Positions 49,777-57,817 of a stretch of DNA of 64,000 bases are shown in pieces. The stretch's first letter is position 1. Every line of letters begins with the position of its first letter. The notes under the pieces were generated by a model. That model ran no database searches. It saw only the letters and a list, made by a program, of their open reading frames with translations, and was not told the DNA's origin. The translations under genes and the position numbers were made by a program. The stretch is from the NCBI GenBank assembly GCA_041691795.1, contig JBEPTX010000004.1, positions 78,084 to 142,083 on the forward strand, in the 5' to 3' direction. The DNA comes from Candidatus Saccharimonadota bacterium (GTDB taxonomy: Bacteria; Patescibacteriota; Saccharimonadia; Saccharimonadales; Saccharimonadaceae).

Positions 49777-51294
49777 TTAGCTGGCGATCGAAGTCCGATA
49801 TTGGAGCGCTTCACTGACATGTTGTGGGGACACATGGTCATCACCACTTAGGTCGGCGATTGTCCTAGCTACCTTGATAACCTTGAAGTAGCTCCTGGCA
49901 CTCAGGGAGAGTTTATCAGCAGCGGCTGACAAGAGTTTTCTGGCTTCATCAGATAGGGTAATGTGTCGATTCACTTGGCTACTCGAGAGAGTGCTGTTGT
50001 AAGTAGCACCGGTCTTGTATCGTTTTAACTGTCGATCGGTTGCATGTTTTATCTGGTTGATTGCCTGTTCTTGTTGGCTATTTTCACCGCTCGTGTCACT
50101 TAGTAGACTGTCGTTTGGAACTCGCGATACGTTAACTACCAAGTCAATTCGATCGAGGAGCGGGCCTGACAATCGTTTTTGATAGTTCAATATCTGCGCA
50201 CTCGCACAAGTACATTCTTTGCTAGAATCGCCAAAGTACCCGCAAGGACAAGGGTTCATTGTCGCCACAAGCATAAAGTCGGCTGGGTAGGTGATGCGTC
50301 CACTCGCGCGGCTGATGCTTATTTTTCCATCTTCAAGTGGCTGCCTGAGTGATTCGAGCGAAGATCTTGGGTATTCAGGCATCTCATCAAGGAACAACAC
50401 CCCTAGATGGGCAAGACTGATCTCTCCTGGCTTTGGTTTGTTGCCTCCACCAGTCAGTGATACAGGGCTTGCACTGTGATGAGGGGAGCGGAAGGGGCGT
50501 TTAGTGACGATCTCACTATTGGTTTCTCCGGCCAAACTGTGAAGTTTTGTGATTGCGATCTGTTCAGTCGGGGTGAGATCTGGCAGTAATCCTAGGAGGG
50601 CTTTGGCAAGCATCGTCTTGCCAGCCCCTGGTGGACCATTGAGAAGTATATTGTGACGGCCCGCCGTTGCGATAATGAGTGCCCGTTTTGCCTGTTCTTG
50701 GCCGCGTATGTCGTCGAGGATAGGCGATGAGGTTATCTTTGGCTTCGCCTCTGTTATATCTGTAATATATGGTGACAATTTCGTCTCTGATTTTAGATGC
50801 AGGAAGAGTTCTTTGAGTGAAGAAACACCTATTACTTCGATTCCTTCTATCAAACATGCCTGTGCTGCGTTAGAGACAGGCAGGTAAATGGTCGTTATAC
50901 CAGCGTTTTTGGCGGTCTCCGCAATATTAATAGATCCACGAACTGGTCGTAAGTTTCCATCGAGTGCTAATTCACCTGCGAAAACGGCCCCATCTACCTC
51001 TGACTGACGGAGTTGACCGCTGACGACCAGGATAGACAATGCAATAGGGAGGTCGAAATGGACCCCGTCTTTGGGTAGTTCTGCGGGCGCAAGGTTAATT
51101 GTGATCTTTTTGCTTGGGAATTCTAAGAGGGAGTTCGCGATGGCGCTGCGGACACGTTCCTTTGCCTCATCGATTGATTTGTTGCCCATCCCAACAATTT
51201 GAATTGTCGGAAGACCTTTTTTTGCATCGCTCTCAACCTCAATGATTGCTCCATCAAAGCCGATCGGTGCTACTGATAATACTCTTGCTACCAT
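49777..51294 (-). CDS. comM: Mg-chelatase-like ATPase ComM/YifB
   Basis: Lon-like N-domain, Walker A LNGPPGAGKTMLA, LFLDEMPE, C-terminal ChlI-like domain. Confidence 0.9.
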   Translation of the reverse strand: MVARVLSVAPIGFDGAIIEVESDAKKGLPTIQIVGMGNKSIDEAKERVRSAIANSLLEFPSKKITINLAPAELPKDGVHFDLPIALSILVVSGQLRQSEVDGAVFAGELALDGNLRPVRGSINIAETAKNAGITTIYLPVSNAAQACLIEGIEVIGVSSLKELFLHLKSETKLSPYITDITEAKPKITSSPILDDIRGQEQAKRALIIATAGRHNILLNGPPGAGKTMLAKALLGLLPDLTPTEQIAITKLHSLAGETNSEIVTKRPFRSPHHSASPVSLTGGGNKPKPGEISLAHLGVLFLDEMPEYPRSSLESLRQPLEDGKISISRASGRITYPADFMLVATMNPCPCGYFGDSSKECTCASAQILNYQKRLSGPLLDRIDLVVNVSRVPNDSLLSDTSGENSQQEQAINQIKHATDRQLKRYKTGATYNSTLSSSQVNRHITLSDEARKLLSAAADKLSLSARSYFKVIKVARTIADLSGDDHVSPQHVSEALQYRTSIAS

Positions 51295-51420
51295 ATATTA
51301 ATGTTCATTTAAGCATGGCTTGTCATCAGGGGCAATGGTGTTAATGTTTAGTTAATAATTGCCAGATGTTAATAGGGGTGGAAAAAAGTATCAAGATTTT
51401 GTATAATAAAAGGACTGGTT

Positions 51421-51816
51421 GGGGCTGACTATAGCTTTCGACGAGAGGATCTTAACAGGTTATTTTGCAAGTCGACCATACACGTACGTATACTTTTAAT
51501 TGCAAACCCAATTAAATTAGCACTTGCTAAGCTACAGGGCGTTTTCGCTCCTAGCTTCGCATTTGCGCCAATCGCAGCCTAATCGCTCGATCATTTCACG
51601 TTAGCAGGTGACATAGCAACGTGGAGTGTTATATACATGTCACTTACTTTTTCTGTGCGCAGTGGCGCAGACCGAGAACATTTTTCCACGCGACAATAGG
51701 ACCATTTACGTTTGTTTTAAAGGACCAAGAGTCGTAACAATTCAAGACAAACTATGCTTGTAGACGAATAACCAGTTACCTTTCGGACCGGGGGGCAGTT
51801 CCCCGCAGCTCCACCA
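51421..51816 (+). ncRNA. ssrA: tmRNA (SsrA)
   Basis: 5' GGGGCTGAC...TTCGACG and 3' ...GGACCGGGGGGCAGTTCCCCGCAGCTCCACCA tRNA-like ends. Internal tag ORF from GCA 51502 to TAA 51580-51582. Confidence 0.9.
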
Positions 51817-51826
51817 ATTGAATATA

Positions 51827-51856
51827 AAAATACCGCCTTTAATGGGGCGGTATTTT
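51827..51856 (+). terminator. Intrinsic terminator after ssrA
   Basis: aaaataccgcc-N8-ggcggtatttt. Confidence 0.8.
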
Positions 51857-51884
51857 GTTGCTTTATGGCAAGTTTAAAGCAAAT

Positions 51885-51918
51885 AAAAACAACCACCTGC
51901 GAGTAGTGGTTGTTTTTT
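51885..51918 (+). terminator. Second tandem terminator after ssrA
   Basis: aaaaacaaccac-N9-gtggttgttttttt. Confidence 0.7.
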
Positions 51919-52211
51919 TGTGGAGTTTTTGGAGTCTTGTTTATTTTTGGTCCCTGTATAATTTATTTATTCAGAGACTACCCCTATAATATGCCGCCAA
52001 AGCGCTTGTGTCAACAATATTCTTTGTTTTTTTACCAGTAAAAAATACTACGTGTGGAAAAGGCCATATATGGTGTTTTGACTAACCCAAACAAACACAT
52101 TTTTTATTTTTAATTTTATACGTTCAAATGATGCGTTCAGAATTTCACTAACTAGCAATATTGTCGACGAAATAGTATAATGTATTTAACCTAAGTGAAG
52201 GGATCGTGTAT

Positions 52212-52910
52212 ATGAATGACGACGAGCAAGTTGATCGAACTGACTTGTCGAATCACGTGCGATCCACGCAACCAAAGTCTTATAATTTTCTACTGCGTCT
52301 AAGTACCAAGCTTGGTACGGTCGCTACCAAATCGTTTGTTGAAGTTAGGCAATTTTTAAATCAGGAAATCCCATTGCCACCAGCCGAACGATTCATGGTT
52401 GGTATGCCACATTTGAAACGTAAAGACTCGCAGCCAAATCCCGATTCACAGTCGGACAACAAAAAAGGGGACCAGACGGTTCCCGAACTTGATCCTGCAG
52501 CAAAACTAAAAAAGATAGTTAAACAGTCACATGAAGTGCTAGCCAGCGCAAACACTGTCTTTCCTGTATCGTTGTTTCCTGACACAGTAGTGGTTGATCG
52601 GACAAAAGTGACCATTACACGACGAAACTTCTTCTGGTCATCAGATACAATGAGCATTCGTATCGAAGATGTCTTGAATGTATCTGCATCTGTTGGACCA
52701 CTATTTGGATCACTTACTGTCGCCAGCCGAGTAATGAGCACTATTGATCATTTCCAGATTAATTTCTTTTGGCGCAACGACGCCATTCATTTGAAACATA
52801 TAATTCAAGGCTATGTGATTGCTCAACATAATAATCTCGATACGGCTCATCTTAGTAAAGACGAGTTGGTCAATACGTTGAAAGAACTTGGTCAAGATTC
52901 CAACGTTTAA
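52212..52910 (+). CDS. Hypothetical protein with C-terminal bPH-like region
   Basis: ATG 52212 after GAAGGGA. C-terminal half VVVDRTKVTITRRNFFWSSDTMSIRIEDVLNVSASVGPLFGSLTV resembles a bacterial PH-domain pattern. Confidence 0.5.
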   Translation: MNDDEQVDRTDLSNHVRSTQPKSYNFLLRLSTKLGTVATKSFVEVRQFLNQEIPLPPAERFMVGMPHLKRKDSQPNPDSQSDNKKGDQTVPELDPAAKLKKIVKQSHEVLASANTVFPVSLFPDTVVVDRTKVTITRRNFFWSSDTMSIRIEDVLNVSASVGPLFGSLTVASRVMSTIDHFQINFFWRNDAIHLKHIIQGYVIAQHNNLDTAHLSKDELVNTLKELGQDSNV

Positions 52911-53019
52911 GTTACAGTATTACTTTTTTACATCGTTGTATTTATTTCAATGCATTCATAAAAACACTTTGAGAAATGAATGTTGTGATTATAATGTGCA
53001 TAAAATACATCAACTTGAC

Positions 53020-53048
53020 TTGACGTTCTAAATTGCTTGTGCTATGCT
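53020..53048 (+). promoter_or_regulatory. Promoter TTGACG-N17-TATGCT with TGc extension
   Basis: TTGACG at 53020-53025. TGCTATGCT at 53040-53048. Confidence 0.5.
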
Positions 53049-53055
53049 ACAAACA

Positions 53056-53380
53056 AGCTTTTACAAAAACAAAAAAAAGCAAAAAAACACATTGACAATT
53101 CAACACACTGACCGCAAACTTTAGCGGAAAGTCGAAAGCGGCATGGCTACGAAAAACAATGGTCTGCACCTGCAGATCACGCACCTTTATTTGTACCAGG
53201 CGCTTTCGACAGCTCCGCTAAAGAAGCGTCGAGCGCGCGTATATTAGTACAGAAGAGGTAGCATTTTGCTACATCGTCGCGGAACATAACGCAAGCGACC
53301 ACGTGCTCGGGTTATACCGAGCGGTCAGATACTGCCACGGGCAGTAGACTGTTCATTGGGACACGCGCTAATAATTTTTT
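53056..53380 (+). ncRNA. Candidate structured small RNA of unknown class
   Basis: Promoter upstream, A-rich 5' segment, long hairpin 53119-53223, multi-helix junction 53235-53368 closed by gcgcgt/acgcgc, then taataatttttt. No credible ORF. Confidence 0.4.
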
Positions 53381-53457
53381 AAGAGGCGGTTGTCGTCACC
53401 AGAACATTAAGGTTTGCTGCTCTGGCTCTTTTTCTTTTGGTGTATAGTGAGGATAGT

Positions 53458-53844
53458 ATGTTGGCCAAATTTTTAGTTGCCGTAATGATTTTATCGATGA
53501 TGTTGCTTGTTGTAATTATAAACACAACAACGCCAAATAGTGCTGGTGCAACAGGGATACTTGGAGTGTTTGTTGTAACTTATACGTTAGTACTTTGTGT
53601 ACTAACTTTTTTTATGTATGGCGTATCAAGAATTATTGTAAAACTTTCACAAACGGTGACAGTCAGGAAACCTTTAGAGCCACTTAGTCTTAAAAGAGCT
53701 TATTATTATTCATCGGTCGTTGCACTTGCCCCCGTTATTTTGATCAGTATGCAATCTGTAGGGGCACTTGGAATATACGAGTTTGGTCTTGTGTTGTTTC
53801 TTGTTGCAGTCGGTTGTATTTATGTGACAAAACGTACTGCTTGA
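53458..53844 (+). CDS. Small polytopic membrane protein (128 aa)
   Basis: Four hydrophobic segments. ATG 53458 after GTGAGGA. The track ORF starts at TTG 53437. Confidence 0.55.
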   Translation: MLAKFLVAVMILSMMLLVVIINTTTPNSAGATGILGVFVVTYTLVLCVLTFFMYGVSRIIVKLSQTVTVRKPLEPLSLKRAYYYSSVVALAPVILISMQSVGALGIYEFGLVLFLVAVGCIYVTKRTA

Positions 53845-53857
53845 TTTAATATGATTA

Positions 53858-53866
53858 TGCTATAAT
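53858..53866 (+). promoter_or_regulatory. Extended -10 promoter TGCTATAAT, 7 nt before ATG 53874 (leaderless candidate)
   Basis: TGcTATAAT-tacagat-ATG. Confidence 0.5.
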
Positions 53867-53873
53867 TACAGAT

Positions 53874-54293
53874 ATGAATCCCGAACTTCCTTTGCCACAG
53901 CGAACCCCCGAGAGCGCACCTGCGAATTATGGCCAAAACGGTGAGTATGGATCACAGTTGGGAAATCTTGAACGGGCGCCCGAGCAATCTCATGAGCGGG
54001 AACAGAATATGCAGGCGGTTGACCGAGCAGCTGCCGCGCCTCCACCACCTCCTGTTCTTCCGATAGCAACTCCACAATTACAGGTAGTTCCGATGCCGGT
54101 TGTTCAAACGCAAACGGTTGCTCCAACATTAGCCGCCGATGATGACCTGATTGAAAAAGAGTGGGTTGATCAGGCAAAGAAGATTATTATGGAGACACGC
54201 GAGGATCCGTATAAACGCGAGCAAGAAGTAAGTAAGCTACAAGCAGATTATTTGCGCAAACGCTACGGAAGGGAGATCGGTATTTCTACCTAA
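53874..54293 (+). CDS. Hypothetical protein (139 aa): Pro/Gln-rich N-half, charged helical C-half
   Basis: AAAAPPPPPVLPIATPQLQVVPMPVVQTQ, then DDDLIEKEWVDQAKKIIMETREDPYKREQEVSKLQADYLRKRYG. 18 nt upstream of the ATPase gene. Confidence 0.55.
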   Translation: MNPELPLPQRTPESAPANYGQNGEYGSQLGNLERAPEQSHEREQNMQAVDRAAAAPPPPPVLPIATPQLQVVPMPVVQTQTVAPTLAADDDLIEKEWVDQAKKIIMETREDPYKREQEVSKLQADYLRKRYGREIGIST

Positions 54294-54311
54294 CCGATAG
54301 TAGGGCATAGT

Positions 54312-57206
54312 ATGGCTGGAATATTTATTACGATGTTTGTGGTGGTGTTTCTCGGAGCGGCGATTTTGTTCGTCGCCTTTTCTCAATATCGCAAGACACT
54401 CCGTGAAGCCAAGAATTATGAGCGTGGCCTAAAAATGATCCCTTTGAGGATTCATCTTCCTCCTGCGAGTGAAGACACGGAACTGGGGAGTCGTGATGAA
54501 CGAGATCTCACCGAAGAGGTGATTTCCGAAGCCCAAGTAATGTATAACATCATTTCCAGTACAGCGACCAAAGGTTTTAAGAATAAAATCTATGGACAGC
54601 GACATATATCATTTGAAATTGTAGCTCGAGGCGGCCTGATTGATTACTTTGCGGTTGTGCCGACTGTATTAATTGATGTCGTGAAGCAAGCAGTAGCGGC
54701 GGCCTACCCATCGGCACGCCTAGAGGAAGTGGCTGAACATAATATATTCAGCCAGTCCGGCAAGATGACCGGTACGATTGGTGGTGAATTTACACTAAAG
54801 AAGAAATTTGTTTATCCGATTGCAACATATCAAGAGTCAAAGCGTGATGCGTCCAGGGCACTTTTGAATGCACTTTCGGCGGCGTCTCGCGAGGACGGCG
54901 CAGCGATTCAGATATTACTACGACCAGCTAAAGAAGGTTGGGTCCGAGGATCAATTGATGCCGTCAAGAAAATCAAAGACGACAAGGCGAAGGGTAAAGG
55001 CATGGGAATGGGCGGCACGCAGGGGATAGCTCAGGCGCTTTGGAAACCACCTGAATCGTCTAACGATAGCAAACCAGAAGAAAAACAACTTACTTCGCTT
55101 GAGCAGGCGACTATTGATGCGATCGAAGAAAAAACGCGCTACCCAGGATACGAGGTACTGGTCAGGGTAGTTGTGTCATCTAATACGACTGAGCATTCGC
55201 AGGGCTTGATGAAAAATATCGTGGCGGCCTTTTCATTATTTGATTCGCCCAGCTATAACGGATTTCAGTTTACTACGACGCGTAATGTCGAAGAATTGGT
55301 GACTTCATTTATATTCCGCTTTTTCCCGCAAACGATCGATCACAATATCTTGAATAGTGTTGAACTGGCAACATTGTTCCACTTGCCTGATCAAAAGAGC
55401 ATTCCAACTTCGCAGGTCCAGCGTCAGATGTCCAAGCAAGTCGACGGCCCAACTCAATTAATGGATGAGGGAATACTGCTGGGTGTGAATGAATTTAGGG
55501 GTATTAAGAAAGAAATACGCTTGAGCGAGAATGACCGACGACGACATACCTATATTATTGGTCAGACTGGTGTCGGTAAATCTGGGTTCCTCGAGAACTT
55601 GGCGTTTCAGGATATGCTTGATGGTCGTGGCTTTGCATTTATTGATCCGCACGGTGATTCTGCCGAGAAATTGCTTGCTAACGTACCAAAAGAGCGTGTT
55701 GAAGATATTATCTATTTCAACCCAAGCGATCTCGAGAATCCTATCGGGCTCAACCTGTTCGAGTGGGAAACGGAAGACCAAAAGGACTTCTTGGTGCAAG
55801 AATCAATTGCCATGCTGTACAGTCTGTATGATCCTGGCCATACCGGTATTGTGGGGCCGCGTTTGGAGCATATTTTCCGTAATGCAGCGTTGTTATTGAT
55901 GTCGGATCCAGCCGGGGGAACGTTTATTGATATTCCGAAACTACTGGTTGACGATGAGTTTATGAAGTCAAAACTAAAATTTGTGACTGATCGCCAGGTG
56001 CTTGATTTTTGGACCAAGGAATACCCGGCGTCACAAAAATCTAATGAATCGGGCGAGGTAACCAGCTGGGTAGTCAGTAAGTTCGGACCGTTCCTTAGTA
56101 ACACGATGATGCGCAATATCATGGGTCAGACCAAGAGTGGCTTTAATATGCGCGATATTATGGATAACAAGAAGATCCTGCTCGTGAACCTGTCTAAGGG
56201 TAAAATGGGTGAGTTGAACTCGAAACTTATTGGTATGATCTTTGTTATGAAATTCCAGGCCGCGGCCATGGCCAGAGCTGACACTCCCGAAGAGCAACGT
56301 CAAGATTTTGCATTGTTTGTAGACGAGTTCCAAAACTTTGCGACTGAGAGTTTTGAGTCGATCCTGTCTGAAGCTCGTAAATATCGCTTGAACTTGGTGC
56401 TCGGTAACCAGTTTATGACGCAGTTAACAGATAAGATTCGTGAAGCAATTATTGGTAACGTTGGTACGATCATCAGTGGTCGTATTGGTGTGACGGATGC
56501 TGAGTTAATGGTCAAGAAATTTAGTCCGACCTTTGATGCGGAAGATTTGACGAAGCTTCCAAACTATCAAGCAATTACATCAGTCATGATCAATAACGTG
56601 CCGTCAGCACCGTTTAGTATGTCGTTGCTGGCGCCAATGTGTAAAGATAATCCGCAACTGGCAGATGCGATGAAGCGCTTGTCATCAACTAAATACGGTT
56701 TCACTCGAGCAGTTGTTGAGAAAGAGATATTTGGTCGATTAGATACGCCCACAAAACCCGCCGTACCGGTAGGATCAGCTCGACCAGGATCGGTTCCTGG
56801 ACCAGCTCAGTCCAAGCCTGGTGGAGCTTCAGGTGCATCGTTCCTTGACGAGTGGCTTGCCAAACGTCAGCAGATTAGTGGTCAACCTGGTGGTTCGCAA
56901 CCGAAGCAAATGGCACCAGCAGGACCTGTGGGCCAGCGCCCTGTAAGCGCACCCGTGCCACAGCCTGTTGTCACTCAGCAACCGGTTGCTGCCGTCGCGC
57001 CGTCTTGGTCGGCTACGCCAACGCCACAACCTGCTCCGGAATCTAGCTATGTTGAACAACAGATAGCTAGCCCAGTACCAGCACAGGAAAGTGTACAAAT
57101 ACCTACGCCAGATGTAACAGTACAGCCATCATCAGTTCCTCCAATGGCCGAAGTAGAGTCTGATGAAGATGCAGACCGTCACGAGATATCAGTGAGTCTT
57201 CGCTAG
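54312..57206 (+). CDS. Membrane-anchored TraD/TraG/VirD4-like (HerA-FtsK clade) P-loop ATPase, 964 aa
   Basis: N-terminal TM. Walker A GQTGVGKSG (nt 55560-55583, aa 417). Walker B FALFVDEF (aa 666-673). ARKYRLNLVLGNQFMTQL. Pro/Gln/Ala-rich ~170-aa tail. The N-terminal ~400 aa are unrecognised. Confidence 0.7.
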   Translation: MAGIFITMFVVVFLGAAILFVAFSQYRKTLREAKNYERGLKMIPLRIHLPPASEDTELGSRDERDLTEEVISEAQVMYNIISSTATKGFKNKIYGQRHISFEIVARGGLIDYFAVVPTVLIDVVKQAVAAAYPSARLEEVAEHNIFSQSGKMTGTIGGEFTLKKKFVYPIATYQESKRDASRALLNALSAASREDGAAIQILLRPAKEGWVRGSIDAVKKIKDDKAKGKGMGMGGTQGIAQALWKPPESSNDSKPEEKQLTSLEQATIDAIEEKTRYPGYEVLVRVVVSSNTTEHSQGLMKNIVAAFSLFDSPSYNGFQFTTTRNVEELVTSFIFRFFPQTIDHNILNSVELATLFHLPDQKSIPTSQVQRQMSKQVDGPTQLMDEGILLGVNEFRGIKKEIRLSENDRRRHTYIIGQTGVGKSGFLENLAFQDMLDGRGFAFIDPHGDSAEKLLANVPKERVEDIIYFNPSDLENPIGLNLFEWETEDQKDFLVQESIAMLYSLYDPGHTGIVGPRLEHIFRNAALLLMSDPAGGTFIDIPKLLVDDEFMKSKLKFVTDRQVLDFWTKEYPASQKSNESGEVTSWVVSKFGPFLSNTMMRNIMGQTKSGFNMRDIMDNKKILLVNLSKGKMGELNSKLIGMIFVMKFQAAAMARADTPEEQRQDFALFVDEFQNFATESFESILSEARKYRLNLVLGNQFMTQLTDKIREAIIGNVGTIISGRIGVTDAELMVKKFSPTFDAEDLTKLPNYQAITSVMINNVPSAPFSMSLLAPMCKDNPQLADAMKRLSSTKYGFTRAVVEKEIFGRLDTPTKPAVPVGSARPGSVPGPAQSKPGGASGASFLDEWLAKRQQISGQPGGSQPKQMAPAGPVGQRPVSAPVPQPVVTQQPVAAVAPSWSATPTPQPAPESSYVEQQIASPVPAQESVQIPTPDVTVQPSSVPPMAEVESDEDADRHEISVSLR

Positions 57207-57215
57207 AAAATAAGA

Positions 57216-57797
57216 CTATTTTTTGCCGGTTATCATAACACGGAAATAGTCATATAACTGACCGATGAGCCATCCAATTAAGAAGGCGCCAACTGGTTCA
57301 AAGCCGGAGAGTCGGTAGCCCATGTTTTTGGCAAATACATAGAGGATAAGTGTCAGAACAAAAGCACAGATTGCACCGGTAAGAAGGGCATTAGGACGTG
57401 CAATAGTTGATCCAACGATGTCACTTGTTTTCTCGACAGCCTTGTTATGAATCAATTTACTAAAAACTTGGCTTGGCCCTGATAAATCCTCACGAACATA
57501 CTTCATTGTATGATCGAAATTTGCATCAAGCTGTTTCTTGGTGATTGGCCCACGACGCTCTGCAGGTGAGGTCTCCTGTTTATGAGGTGTATGTGCTGCT
57601 TCTTGGGACGAAGCATGCTCTAGCGCTTTCTGGCGTGCTGCAGTGGTATCTGATTCTCGGTTGTCAGTAGGTTGTTCTTTGCTCTCAAAATCCTCGCGCA
57701 ATTTTTCTAATTGCTCGCTACCTTGTTTGGCTATATCAGGGTTACGCTCTCGCTCGTAATTACCCTCTGATTTTTTCTCTATACTACTCATACCCAC
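57216..57797 (-). CDS. Hypothetical membrane protein (charged N-half, two C-terminal TM helices)
   Basis: ALLTGAICAFVLTLILYVF and VGAFLIGWLIGQLYDYF. Start is ambiguous (GTG 57797 or ATG 57791). Confidence 0.5.
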   Translation of the reverse strand: MGMSSIEKKSEGNYERERNPDIAKQGSEQLEKLREDFESKEQPTDNRESDTTAARQKALEHASSQEAAHTPHKQETSPAERRGPITKKQLDANFDHTMKYVREDLSGPSQVFSKLIHNKAVEKTSDIVGSTIARPNALLTGAICAFVLTLILYVFAKNMGYRLSGFEPVGAFLIGWLIGQLYDYFRVMITGKK

Positions 57798-57817
57798 CTT
57801 TATCTTTGATCATTATA

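Noticed and set aside
51790-51816. Island attachment site formed by duplication of the ssrA 3' end
   Set aside because: Reading 51.8-59 kb, I found no second copy of the terminal CAGCTCCACCA-containing segment. The nearest, acagctccgcta at about 53210, matches 9 of 12 and lies inside a hairpin arm. No integrase is present. Only the weaker 'accessory segment' observation is retained.
53119-53375. SRP (4.5S/scRNA) or 6S RNA identity for the structured region
   Set aside because: I found no GGAA-tetraloop helix 8 with the AGCA/GGAA symmetric-loop motif on either strand, only a chance 'taccagg'. The long hairpin of about 105 nt is too short and lacks the central bubble expected of 6S RNA. It is kept only as an RNA of unknown class.
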